From NCBI GenBank assembly GCA_963666205.1, contig OY762654.1, positions 1,024,001-1,088,000 of the forward strand: DNA of 64,000 nt. The letters are read 5' to 3'. Position 1 is the stretch's first letter. Every line of letters starts with the position of its first letter. The DNA is from Synergistales bacterium (GTDB taxonomy: Bacteria > Synergistota > Synergistia > Synergistales > JAFGMB01). Shown here one piece after another: positions 53,329 through 63,449 of this stretch. A model generated the notes under the pieces. The model worked only from the letters and a program-made list of their open reading frames with translations. It did not search any database and had not been told where the DNA came from. The position numbers and the translations under genes are program-made.

Positions 53329-54753
53329 TCAGCAGGAACAGCTGATGTCGAAGATCTTGCCGGGGTTCATGATGTTGTTGGGATCCAGAGCCTGCTTGAT
53401 CTTCCGCATCATTTCAACCTCTGCTTCGCTTGTTACTATGTTCAGGTATTTTTTACGTTTACATCCTATGCCATGTTCTCCAGTTATCTTTCCTCCGAGC
53501 TTTTTACAGAGGGTGTAGATGTCACGCAATGCCTGTTCTTCCGTTTCAAACCACTCTTCCATGGTGGAGTCGGGGTTTTTCAGCAGGGTCGGATGAAGAT
53601 TTCCGTCGCCTGCATGTCCAAATATAGGTATCAGGATATCGTGTTTTTCAGCGATCTTTTCCATTCCCTCTACAAATTCTGTTATGGCCGCAATGGGAAC
53701 TACCGTGTCCTCGTCTGTCATTACAGGGCTAAATACCCGGAAGGCTTCATCGATGTTCCTTCTTACGCTCCAGATCCTCTCCCTCGTGGTGTTGTTATCT
53801 GCAACATAGACTTCTATGGCATCGTTCTGGAAGCAGAGCTCACCGATAAGATCGGCATCAGCATCCACCTGCTCTTCCCGGTTGCCGTCAACTTCGATGA
53901 GGAGCATGGCTCCGGCATTATGATAGGGAAGGCTTTCATTCAGGTATTCACATGTGGTTTTCACTGAAAGATGGTCCATGTACTCTATGGATGTGGGTGT
54001 TATTCCGCATTCCATCATTATTTTGGGAACTACGCTTATGGCAGACCGGGTGTCCTTGAAGAGTACGAGAAGGTCCACCATATACCTGGGCATGGGGGAT
54101 AGCTTGAGTATTATTTTGGTCACTATTCCCAGCGTTCCCTCTGAGCCGACTATGAGCTGTTTGAGGTTATAACCGGTAACATCCTTTACCAGTTTTCCAC
54201 CCAGTTGAAGGATCTCTCCCGTTGGCGTGACTATTTCTAGGCCTATGACATATCTGCTTGTGACTCCGTACTTGATGGCTTTGCCGCCTCCTGCATCTTC
54301 GGCGACATTACCGCCGATGAAACATGACTGCAGGCTCATGGGGTAACCTGCATAAAACAATCCGCTTCCTTCTAGGGCAACATTGATCTCACTGGTAACT
54401 AAGCCTGGTTCCACCACAATTAGCATATTGTTGTAATCGATCTCCAGGATGCTGTTCATTCTTTCAAAGGAGATGACAATTCCTCCAAAGGAGGGTATGG
54501 ATCCGCCGGAAAGACCCGTCCCCCCTCCGCGGGGGGTTATGGGTATTAGCTCACGATTGGCAAGCTTTACAATTTCTGCGATCTCTTCAGCCTTTCGTGG
54601 AATTACTACGACTTCAGGCATGTGGGCATATTGAGGAGGGGTTTCGTCATGAGAATAGGTCGACATTTTCTCTTCATCGGTGATGACATATTTTTTCCCG
54701 ACTATGTCAGAAAGCTGCGACAGTATTGCAGGGGTCACCTGGTTGTATTTCAT
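53329..54753 (-). CDS. FAD-linked alpha-hydroxy-acid dehydrogenase (LctD/GlcD-like)
   Basis: [44 protein letters not shown]. Confidence 0.85.
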   Translation of the reverse strand: MKYNQVTPAILSQLSDIVGKKYVITDEEKMSTYSHDETPPQYAHMPEVVVIPRKAEEIAEIVKLANRELIPITPRGGGTGLSGGSIPSFGGIVISFERMNSILEIDYNNMLIVVEPGLVTSEINVALEGSGLFYAGYPMSLQSCFIGGNVAEDAGGGKAIKYGVTSRYVIGLEIVTPTGEILQLGGKLVKDVTGYNLKQLIVGSEGTLGIVTKIILKLSPMPRYMVDLLVLFKDTRSAISVVPKIMMECGITPTSIEYMDHLSVKTTCEYLNESLPYHNAGAMLLIEVDGNREEQVDADADLIGELCFQNDAIEVYVADNNTTRERIWSVRRNIDEAFRVFSPVMTDEDTVVPIAAITEFVEGMEKIAEKHDILIPIFGHAGDGNLHPTLLKNPDSTMEEWFETEEQALRDIYTLCKKLGGKITGEHGIGCKRKKYLNIVTSEAEVEMMRKIKQALDPNNIMNPGKIFDISCSC

Positions 54754-55775
54754 CTGGATCGGACCTCCTCAAGTTTTTCGTTCAGGGATGGGAGTACTTC
54801 AAAAAGGTCTCCCACGATCCCGAAATCGGCAACTTTGAAGATCTGTGCTTCAGGATCGGAATTTATGGCAACGATGATATCTGCGGTCTTCATACCGGCC
54901 AGATGCTGGATGGCACCCGATATGCCCACTGCAAGGTATAGTTTTGGCGTCACGGTTTTACCGCTTAACCCGACCTGATGGGGATAGCTTATCCATCCCC
55001 TGTCAACTGCATCCCTGCTTCCGCCAACTACCCCATCTAGCCTGGCTGCCAGGTCCCGAATCAGCGCGAAGTTCTCTTTCTTCTTCAATCCCTTCCCGCC
55101 TGATACGACCACGTCGGCTGACTGTATGTCGATATCCTGGTCATCATTCTTCCTGAAACCGATCCTCCGAACCCGTTTATCTTCAAGGTCCTCTTTGAAT
55201 TTCACCCTGATGATCCTGCCTGCATTGTTTTCATCAAGGGGTGCGGGCCTGGTCGAACGGGGTCTGACCGTTGCCATCTGAGGCCGGTGTTCAGGGGTCT
55301 TTATGGTGGCGAGGATATTGCCGCCGATGGCAGGCCTGGTCTGCAGGAGGTTACCGGTGTCGCCTTCGATCTCCAGACCGGTGCAGTCTGCCGTAAGGCC
55401 TGTATTGGCCCTTATGGAGACATGGGGCATAAGGGTCCTTCCCGTTGTTGTTGCTGCAGCGATAAGTATCTCCGGCTTGTATTGTTTTATCAGGTCCAGC
55501 AGTACATTGCTGTGAGTTTCAACTGTAAAATTCTCGAGTACAGGGGCTTCAACCACATAGACCTTGTCTGCGCCTCTTTTTATAAGCTGCTCCAGATCCT
55601 CATCTGACATGCTGCCGGTAAGGAGCACTGAACATAACTGTGTTTTCAGCTGGTCTGCCAGCTTTCTTCCTCTTGAAAGCAGTTCAAAGGATACCTGGCG
55701 GAGTTTTCCTTCTCCGGCTTCGGCAAGGGTCCATACTTCTCTATGGGACATTGAAAGATCCTCCTTCTGATACAT
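54750..55775 (-). CDS. etfA: Electron transfer flavoprotein alpha subunit
   Basis: [33 protein letters not shown]. Confidence 0.92.
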   Translation of the reverse strand: MYQKEDLSMSHREVWTLAEAGEGKLRQVSFELLSRGRKLADQLKTQLCSVLLTGSMSDEDLEQLIKRGADKVYVVEAPVLENFTVETHSNVLLDLIKQYKPEILIAAATTTGRTLMPHVSIRANTGLTADCTGLEIEGDTGNLLQTRPAIGGNILATIKTPEHRPQMATVRPRSTRPAPLDENNAGRIIRVKFKEDLEDKRVRRIGFRKNDDQDIDIQSADVVVSGGKGLKKKENFALIRDLAARLDGVVGGSRDAVDRGWISYPHQVGLSGKTVTPKLYLAVGISGAIQHLAGMKTADIIVAINSDPEAQIFKVADFGIVGDLFEVLPSLNEKLEEVRSR

Positions 55776-56573
55776 CTAGATCAGTTCCTTCATGACCAGG
55801 AAATCCACAAGTTCATGTACGGCTCTGTCCAGGCTTTCTTCATCCTTTGCTGCAAAGATCTTTCCACCCCTTGTAACCTTTGGGGTTTCGATCTTCACCA
55901 CCCGGGTGGGCGATCCGTTCAGGCCGATCCGATTTGTATCAAGGCCTACAGAATCGACTGACCATCGGGGCACTTCTGTGAGTCTGGCCTTCTGTTTTCC
56001 TCTAAGGGTGGGCAGACGGGGATAGCTTATCTCCTTTACCACTGTAAGAAGGGCGGGGAGTTCCATCTGGAGTTTTTCATAACCACCTTCGACAAGACGT
56101 TCTACCACCATGAAGCCATTATCGATCTCCTCGACAGAGCTCACATATGTCGCAAGGGATATGTCCAGAAAGGATGCTATTCCAGGGCCGACCTGCCCTG
56201 TGTCTCCGTCGGTAGCCCTTTCACCACATAGGACAAGATCATAGGTTCCGATCTTTCTGATGGCCTCCGAGAGGGCATAAGAGGTAGCCCACGTATCTGA
56301 CCCGGCAAATTCTTTCCCGGTAAGAACGATACCCCTGTCGCAACCCATGGCCATTGCTTCCTTAACTGCTTTTTCAGCTGCAGGGGGGCCCATTGATATT
56401 ACAGTTACAAGGCCTCCGAATTTCTCCTTCAGCTGAATGCCCGTTTCTATGGCGTAAAGATCAAGGGGGTTGATTATGCTTTCAACACCATCTCTTATCA
56501 TGGTTCCTGTTTTTTCATCCATTTTTACGTTGCTGGTCTCCGGTACCTGTTTGACCGGGATAATAATGTTCAA
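55776..56573 (-). CDS. etfB: Electron transfer flavoprotein beta subunit
   Basis: KQVPET, INPLDLYA, DGDTGQVGP, GLNGSPTRV. Confidence 0.92.
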   Translation of the reverse strand: MNIIIPVKQVPETSNVKMDEKTGTMIRDGVESIINPLDLYAIETGIQLKEKFGGLVTVISMGPPAAEKAVKEAMAMGCDRGIVLTGKEFAGSDTWATSYALSEAIRKIGTYDLVLCGERATDGDTGQVGPGIASFLDISLATYVSSVEEIDNGFMVVERLVEGGYEKLQMELPALLTVVKEISYPRLPTLRGKQKARLTEVPRWSVDSVGLDTNRIGLNGSPTRVVKIETPKVTRGGKIFAAKDEESLDRAVHELVDFLVMKELI

Positions 56574-56664
56574 ACTCCATTCACCTCCAGAACTCTGATG
56601 GAAAGGGTCTCGATGGTTCTGTTAATAAAGAGATTATACCGGACGGGGGGAAGATATGAGGAAA

Positions 56665-57000
56665 ACAGGTCAAAAACAAAATCAAAGTCAAGATATGTTT
56701 TACCGCAGAGGACGCAGAGTAACGCAGAGGAAATCAAACATGAGGGAACCCATGCTGCGAAAAATCAGACTCGATTTTTCACGAATAACCCCCGAATCAT
56801 AGCCCATAAAACTGTTTACCACGGAGGGACACGGAGGAAGGCATAAAGAATGGTGTGCTGCGCAAAATGATGGACCTATTTTGCACGATTAGAACCGTAA
56901 ACCTTGTAACCCTGTCTAACCGCAGAGGGCGCAGAGGAAAAGAAAATCGCACATTAACAATAGAATGATGCGCTGAAGCACATCCTATGGAAAACTAACA
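56665..57000. repeat. Modular repeat array R13
   Basis: Iterons, hairpin D' 56755, hairpin D 56858, REP-like 56967-56988. Confidence 0.88.
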
Positions 57001-57085
57001 TCAAGATAATATAGAGTTATAGGTGCTCTGAAACCCACACCAACAGGAGACGCTACCTGAAACCCGAAATCCTGACAGGAATTTT

Positions 57086-58012
57086 TCAGAAATGAAGGAT
57101 ATTACAGGCCCGCTTAAGACCATAGAGGATGGCTGCTCCGGGATGGCGGTAACAGTAGCGGAGAGCCTGGTAAAACCATGTGGTCCGGCCAACATCTTTC
57201 CAGGGGCCCTTTTGACGGTATTGAAGGTATTCTTCGGCAAAGGTGATCTTTTTCGTACTGAATAGCCAGGGTTTTCTGTTGGTAGTGAAATGAACTATGA
57301 CCGGGTCGGGCATGGGAAGATCTTTCTGGCCTGTTTCCCGGGATAAGTCGTCAAAAATATGGGTTATGAAGTTCCACCTGTTTTCGACATATAAAACATC
57401 ATTTTTAAGGATATTGTTCAAAATATCCTGGTCGTGAAAGGGCGTATCAGCAAGAAAGGTCCTATCCAGGTTAAAGGCTTTATTCTCATAGTCCTTTTCA
57501 CGCCACTGTTTAAGGTCAAAAAGAATAACCCCGGAGTTGAAATACTTGTCACAACCGGGCAAACTCTTGTATTTTTTACAAAGAAAAGGACTATCTTCGA
57601 CAGCTGCAATGGTTTTACCCTGGAGATCGAGGTCCCAGAGATCTTTCAGACTTCCCCGAACTATAGTGTCACAGTCAAGATAAAGGGCCCGGTCGATCTC
57701 TGGAAGGAGTGAGCCTATTTTGAGGCGGAAGTATGTAGGAATGCTAACATGGGTCGAAGAGGGATCCAGTGAAGATATGTGTAAGAATCCGTCTATAGAG
57801 GTTATGGAAATGTGGGTGAAGTCGAAATCCCTTATGCTCCTGAGGCTCAGGATCCTTTGCTTTTCCAGTTCGGGGAGGGATTCGGAAAGTACAAAAAAGT
57901 GTATCCTGTCATCACGGGCAGTATTTGTGAGAATTGAGGTCATGGTGACCCCCATATGGGGTATGAATGTCTGGTCTGTTGAAAAAACTATATTCATACT
58001 TGGACACACCAC
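57086..58012 (-). CDS. GT8 glycosyltransferase
   Basis: TYFRL, LYLDCD, YFNSGV, DQDILN, VHFT..KPW. Confidence 0.9.
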   Translation of the reverse strand: MVCPSMNIVFSTDQTFIPHMGVTMTSILTNTARDDRIHFFVLSESLPELEKQRILSLRSIRDFDFTHISITSIDGFLHISSLDPSSTHVSIPTYFRLKIGSLLPEIDRALYLDCDTIVRGSLKDLWDLDLQGKTIAAVEDSPFLCKKYKSLPGCDKYFNSGVILFDLKQWREKDYENKAFNLDRTFLADTPFHDQDILNNILKNDVLYVENRWNFITHIFDDLSRETGQKDLPMPDPVIVHFTTNRKPWLFSTKKITFAEEYLQYRQKGPWKDVGRTTWFYQALRYCYRHPGAAILYGLKRACNILHF

Positions 58013-58094
58013 CTGTTTCCGGGAGTTCGGAGATTCGACTGCTGAGCATTTAACCTTGATCAGTTTAGCATAGACTTTAACGAGGGCAGGGCAA

Positions 58095-58555
58095 AATCAG
58101 GATCAAGACATATTTTACCGCAGAGGAAACCGAAAGACTGAGAACCGTAAACCAAAAAACCTGTTTCACCACGGAGGACACGGAGGAGGATCTGAGGAAA
58201 ACCAGATCAAAATCAAAACACGTTTTACCGCAGAGGGCGCAGAGAGCGCAAAGGAAAGCATGAACCCTTGGTTAGAACAGACTGTTTCTGAATTCTGAAT
58301 GAGGTATGTTCGGATGATATGCTACTTTACCGATAGGTTGTTGGATGTCACGAAATCGGAGATTTGTGCCATGGAAACCCGTAAAGCCCAAACGCTAAAA
58401 CCCTTTCACCACGGAGGACACGGAGGTACACGGAGGAGACCGTTAAACCAATAAATCCTTGTGTTACTGCGCAAAATGATGGACCTATTTTGCACGATTA
58501 GAACCGTAAACCGTTTAACCCTGTCTAACTGCAGAAGGCGTAGGGGACAAAAACC
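58095..58555. repeat. Modular repeat array R14
   Basis: Iterons, 92-bp element + hairpin E 58347, hairpin D 58467. Confidence 0.9.
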
Positions 58556-58605
58556 TGGAGGTAAGGGAACCGGTTGAAATCTGCTGGCCTGCTTCGCCGA
58601 ACTCC

Positions 58606-59613
58606 TTAGACTTTGTAATAATCCCGGTACCAGGAAACGAACCTTTCAAGGCCAACTTCTATGGGGGTGTCTGGCCTATAGCCCACTTCTGCTGCGAGAT
58701 CATCGATATCTGCAAAGGTTTCCACCACGTCTCCGGGCTGCATGGGAAGAAATTCCTTTTTTGCTTCCCTGCCTGTACACTTTTCAAGAGTTGTTATGAA
58801 ATCCATAAGCTTTACGGGTTTATTATTACCTATGTTATACACCCTGTAGGGAGCATAGCTTTTTCCTGGTTCAGGAGAATTGCCGCTCCAGTCGGGATCG
58901 GGCTGGGGAGGCCTGTTCATTGTCCTTACAACACCTTCGACGATATCATCGATCCAGGTGAAGTCCCTTTTCATTTCTCCGTTGTTGAAAACCTTTATGG
59001 GCCGGTCTTCAAGGATGGCTTTGGTGAAGAGGAAATAGGCCATGTCGGGTCTGCCCCAGGGTCCATATACGGTAAAGAACCGGAGTCCGGTGCAGGGAAG
59101 TCCATATAGGTGGCTGTAGGAATGGGCCATTAGTTCGTTTGCCTTCTTGGTGGCAGCGTAAAGACTTACAGGGTGGTCTACGTTGTCTGATACCCTAAAG
59201 GGTTTGCTGGTATTTGCTCCATATACTGAACTGGAGGAAGCATAAACCATGTGCTCTACTCCATTATGGCGGCATGCTTCAAGGATGTTGAGGAACCCTG
59301 TCAGATTGCTCTGGCCGTAGGCCTGGGGGTTGGTTATGGAATACCTTACTCCGGCCTGGGCGGCAAGGTGGATAACCCTCCGGGGTCTGTCATTACTGAA
59401 CAGGCTGCTGACTGCCATGCTGTCTGAAATATCCATTCTGTGGAAGGTGAACTCCGGATAGTTTTTAAGGACTCCGAGGCGATCTTCCTTGAGGGTCACG
59501 TCGTAGTAATCGTTGAGATTGTCGATGGCCGTGATCTTGTGTCCTTCCTGCAGGAGTTTCAGAGAAACATGGTATCCGATAAAACCGGCGGCACCGGTGA
59601 CAAGTATTTGCAT
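58606..59613 (-). CDS. UDP-glucuronate 4-epimerase
   Basis: TGAAGFIG, HLAAQAGVRYS, YAATKK, FFTVYGPWGRPDMA. Confidence 0.88.
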   Translation of the reverse strand: MQILVTGAAGFIGYHVSLKLLQEGHKITAIDNLNDYYDVTLKEDRLGVLKNYPEFTFHRMDISDSMAVSSLFSNDRPRRVIHLAAQAGVRYSITNPQAYGQSNLTGFLNILEACRHNGVEHMVYASSSSVYGANTSKPFRVSDNVDHPVSLYAATKKANELMAHSYSHLYGLPCTGLRFFTVYGPWGRPDMAYFLFTKAILEDRPIKVFNNGEMKRDFTWIDDIVEGVVRTMNRPPQPDPDWSGNSPEPGKSYAPYRVYNIGNNKPVKLMDFITTLEKCTGREAKKEFLPMQPGDVVETFADIDDLAAEVGYRPDTPIEVGLERFVSWYRDYYKV

Positions 59614-59754
59614 GGGTTCCTCCTGGAAATTAAAGCATTATTGTTTATTGTAATGCATTTTGAAGAGGAAAATGAAGATTTTACCTTATTGAAACGGTTT
59701 TAATAATATAATATTACAGTTAAGGTAGTAATGGAAAACCGAAGAAAATTGAGT

Positions 59755-59776
59755 GGTGCGCTGAAGCGCACCCTGC
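59755..59776 (-). repeat. Isolated REP-like palindrome
   Basis: GCAG-GGTGCGCT-TC-AGCGCACC on - strand. Confidence 0.7.
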
Positions 59777-59829
59777 TCTAAAAGTTGTAGACCATATTAT
59801 GAAATCTTAATTTTTCTGGGGGGATAGAT

Positions 59830-61161
59830 TTGAACAGTATGAAAATAGGTGTAATAGGGACAGGTTATGTGGGGCTGGTTTCAGGACTTTGCCTGGCAGA
59901 CTTCGGCTTCACCGTTACCTGCGGTGATATAGATGTTTCAAAGATCGAGAGGCTCAACAGTGGAGAGATTCCCATATACGAGCCAGGGCTCAAGTCCGTT
60001 TACGATCGGGTAACCGAGCTCGGGAGAGTTACCTTTACCACTAATATCGATACCCTGGTAAACGACAGCGATGTGATCTTCATCTGCGTCGGAACTCCTC
60101 CTGAAGAAGACGGTTCCGCTGACCTCAAGTACGTCTGGCAGGTAGCAGAGACCATAGGAAAGAACCTGGAAACTTACAAGGTCATAGTAGATAAATCTAC
60201 CGTTCCAGTTGGTACGGCCCGAAAGGTTTATGACATCATCAAAGGTCAACTGGCTGAAAGAAATATGGATTCTGCCTTCGATGTGGTTTCAAATCCGGAA
60301 TTTCTCAGGGAAGGGAAAGCCGTCCATGATTTCACCCATCCGGACAGGATAGTTATAGGTTCCGATTCAGAGAGGGCCTGTGAGATCATGAAAAAGGTTT
60401 ACAGTCCCTTGAAGCTCAATGAGGTTCCCTTCGTGCTGACAAATCCCGAGACGGCGGAATTGATAAAATATGCCTCCAACGCTTTTCTGGCCACAAAGAT
60501 CGGTTTTATAAACGAAATAGCAAACCTGTGCGAGGCTGTTGGTGCAGATGTCCATAAGGTGGCAAAATCCATGGGTATGGACGGACGGATAAGCAGCAAG
60601 TTCCTCCACCCTGGCCCCGGTTACGGCGGCAGCTGTTTTCCCAAGGACACCATGGCCCTGGTGAATATGGCCAGAGAAAATGGTGTGGACTCCCTGGTGG
60701 TTTCTGCCGTGGTGGACTCCAATATCAGGCAAAAGGTCAGAATGGCAGAGAAGATAAAAAAGGCCTTTGGCGGAGATGTAGCAGGAAAGCAGATAGCGAT
60801 CCTGGGTTTGAGTTTCAAGCCGGAGACGGATGACGTTAGGGAATCCCCTGCCCTGGTAATAATCCCCGAGCTTCTGCAGAGGGGTGCTTTGGTACACGCC
60901 TACGATCCCCAGGGGATCGGTGAAACAAAGAAGGCTCTTACTGAGAGTGATGCAGATATTCTGTACACTGCTGATGAATATGACGCGTGCAAGGGTGCGG
61001 ATGCTGTTGTTATACTCACCGACTGGAACCAGTTCCGCAGGCTCGATCTTCAGAGGCTTAAAGACCTTATGAAAGGGAACAGGTTCTTCGACTTCAGGAA
61101 CATCTACGACCGGGAAGAGGTTGAAGGTATGGGGTTCTATTATGAAGGGGTGGGAAGGTAG
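59830..61161 (+). CDS. ugd: UDP-glucose 6-dehydrogenase
   Basis: GTGYVG, KSTVPVG, NPEFLREG, GYGGSCFPKD, FKPETDD. Confidence 0.92.
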   Translation: MNSMKIGVIGTGYVGLVSGLCLADFGFTVTCGDIDVSKIERLNSGEIPIYEPGLKSVYDRVTELGRVTFTTNIDTLVNDSDVIFICVGTPPEEDGSADLKYVWQVAETIGKNLETYKVIVDKSTVPVGTARKVYDIIKGQLAERNMDSAFDVVSNPEFLREGKAVHDFTHPDRIVIGSDSERACEIMKKVYSPLKLNEVPFVLTNPETAELIKYASNAFLATKIGFINEIANLCEAVGADVHKVAKSMGMDGRISSKFLHPGPGYGGSCFPKDTMALVNMARENGVDSLVVSAVVDSNIRQKVRMAEKIKKAFGGDVAGKQIAILGLSFKPETDDVRESPALVIIPELLQRGALVHAYDPQGIGETKKALTESDADILYTADEYDACKGADAVVILTDWNQFRRLDLQRLKDLMKGNRFFDFRNIYDREEVEGMGFYYEGVGR

Positions 61162-61910
61162 TTCGATTTTAGATTGGGGATTTTGGATTAAAAGATAGAA
61201 AACAACACCCAGAGCTTAAAAACTGTTTTACCGCAGAGAACGCAGAGGAAATCCTCAAATCTTTTTTTACTGCACAAAATGATGCACCAGTTTTGCACGA
61301 TTAGAACCGTAAACCTTTTAACCCTGTCTAACCGCAGAGGGCGCAGAGAGCGCAGAGGGAAGCATGAACCCTTGGTTAGAACAGACTGTTTCTGAATTCT
61401 GAATGAGGTATGTTCGGATGATATGCTACTTTACCGATAGGTTGTTGGATGTCACGAAATCGGAGATTTGTGCCAGGAGTCTAACTTCTAACCTGGAGGA
61501 CACAGAGGAAAACATAAAACCTAAGTCAAAATCTATTTTACTGCAGAGGATCCGCCGTAAACCATCGTATAAAACCATTAGACCCAAGTAGTGGCGGACT
61601 TTCAGCGCAGAGGAAAGCATGAACCCTTGGATTTGAAAATCTACTGCGCAAAACGGTGATACTATTTTGCTCGAGTTAAACCTAAGAACCGTAAAGCTGA
61701 ACTGTTTAAACCTTTCACCACGGAGGGCACGGAGTGCCACGGAGGTAAACCAGGTCAAAATCAAAAGCTGTTTTACCGCAGAGGGCGCAGAGGAAGGCGT
61801 AAGCCCTTGGGGTAACTGTTCAGGGATAACATCCCATATACATCCGGACAGATCATATCCTACTATGATAAAGGTTTTGGGGAGGCACAAAATCGGAGAT
61901 TTGTGACATG
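61162..61910. repeat. Modular repeat array R15
   Basis: Hairpin D 61270 and 61644, hairpin E 61451 and 61884, GTCCGCC stem, iterons; segments shared with R1, R2, R3, R7 and R14. Confidence 0.9.
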
Positions 61911-62043
61911 CTAAAGACTGGACCGGGATGTGGGGGAGAAAAACAATGACCGCCTGGAATTTCATGTTGAAGAATGTCACGTTAGGGTACACAATATAAG
62001 ATGATCTGCCTGAAAATACTATTTTTGAACATTTCATATAGAG

Positions 62044-63447
62044 GTGACTGATTTGAATAACCTGTACACCCTTATTCTTGCGGGGGGAAGCGGGACCCGG
62101 CTGTGGCCCCTTTCCCGTGAGGAACTGCCCAAGCAGTTCCTGTATCTTACCAATCACTCTACCCTCCTTCAGAATACAGTAACAAGAACCCTCGAATTTA
62201 CAGATTCCAACAAGCTTTTTGTCGTGGCTGGCCAGAACTGGAGAGCCCTGGTGGACCACCAGGTCAGACAGGCCGGCAATTTTAAAGAAAGTATAGTAAT
62301 TACCGAGCCATTGGGCCGGAATACGGGACCAGCCATCGCACTGGGTATTTCCTACCTCCTCGACAGGGCTGGAGCCAAGAAAGAAGACTCTGTCCTGATC
62401 TGTCCAAGCGACCATATCATCAATGATGTACCAGCATTTTCTTCAGCTGTGGGAAATGCTGTCAAGGCAAGCGAGAAGGGCTATATTTCCACCTTCGGCA
62501 TTGTGCCTACAGGACCGGAAACGGGCTTTGGATACCTTCATGCCGGGGACATCAACGGTGAAGGTTACTCCGAACTTGAGGAGTTCGTGGAAAAACCGGA
62601 TCTCGAAAGGGCAAAGAGCTACTTGGAGGACGGGAATTATTACTGGAACAGCGGCATGTTCGTCTTCCGGATCGGCGACATGATGGATGCCCTGAAAAAA
62701 CATATGCCCCAGCTGGGTGAAGCGGCGGAAAGGGGTTACGAGTTTCTTCTTGGTTCCTTCGAGGATATGCCCTCCATTTCCATAGATTATGGCGTTATGG
62801 AAAAACTTGAGAAGACTGCCATGGTTCCCCTGGATGCGGGATGGTCCGATGTGGGTTCCTGGGATGCGGTATATGACATTTCTGAAAAGGAGACTTCGGG
62901 CAATGCTGTTCATGGCGATGCCATTCTCAAGGACAGCACCAACAATCTGATGTTTTCCAGGGAAAGGCTGCTGGTGGGTGTGGATCTCCATGACATGCTT
63001 GTTGTGGATACACCAGATGCCCTTTTTGTAGCCCCCAAGGGAAGTTCCCAGAAGGTTCGGGATGTGGTAAAGGAACTGAGGTCAATGGGACGGAAGGAAG
63101 CAACAGAAGCACCTGAAAGCGCAAGGCCCTGGGGGACATACAAGGTCCTTACAGAGGCAGATAGGTACAAGATCAAGAAAATAGCAATTGAACCCGGCAA
63201 GAGATTGAGCCTGCAGTATCACCATCATAGAAGTGAACACTGGGTGGTTGTAAGGGGTACTGCCCTGGTCACCCTGGATGATAATGAAGTTTTTGTCCAT
63301 GAGGGAGAGAGCATCTTTGTTCCCAAGGACAGTCATCACAGGCTGGCAAACCCCGGCAAGATCCCCCTGGAGATAATCGAGGTCCAGAACGGGGAATACC
63401 TGGGCGAGGATGACATTGTCCGCATTCAGGACGATTACAAGCGCTGA
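62044..63447 (+). CDS. manC: Mannose-1-phosphate guanylyltransferase / mannose-6-phosphate isomerase
   Basis: ILAGGSGTRLWPLSR, WNSGMF, SIDYGVME, RPWG, LSLQYHHHRSEHW. Confidence 0.93.
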   Translation: MTDLNNLYTLILAGGSGTRLWPLSREELPKQFLYLTNHSTLLQNTVTRTLEFTDSNKLFVVAGQNWRALVDHQVRQAGNFKESIVITEPLGRNTGPAIALGISYLLDRAGAKKEDSVLICPSDHIINDVPAFSSAVGNAVKASEKGYISTFGIVPTGPETGFGYLHAGDINGEGYSELEEFVEKPDLERAKSYLEDGNYYWNSGMFVFRIGDMMDALKKHMPQLGEAAERGYEFLLGSFEDMPSISIDYGVMEKLEKTAMVPLDAGWSDVGSWDAVYDISEKETSGNAVHGDAILKDSTNNLMFSRERLLVGVDLHDMLVVDTPDALFVAPKGSSQKVRDVVKELRSMGRKEATEAPESARPWGTYKVLTEADRYKIKKIAIEPGKRLSLQYHHHRSEHWVVVRGTALVTLDDNEVFVHEGESIFVPKDSHHRLANPGKIPLEIIEVQNGEYLGEDDIVRIQDDYKR

Positions 63448-63449
63448 AG

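Noticed and set aside
22435-61907. Classical integron attC cassette array
   Set aside because: Hairpins are only 24-31 nt, no consistent RYYYAAC/GTTRRRY core was seen, genes are in mixed orientation and no intI is in the window.
61426-62415. 329-aa minus-strand ORF
   Set aside because: Antisense shadow of manC running into repeat array R15; no domain features.
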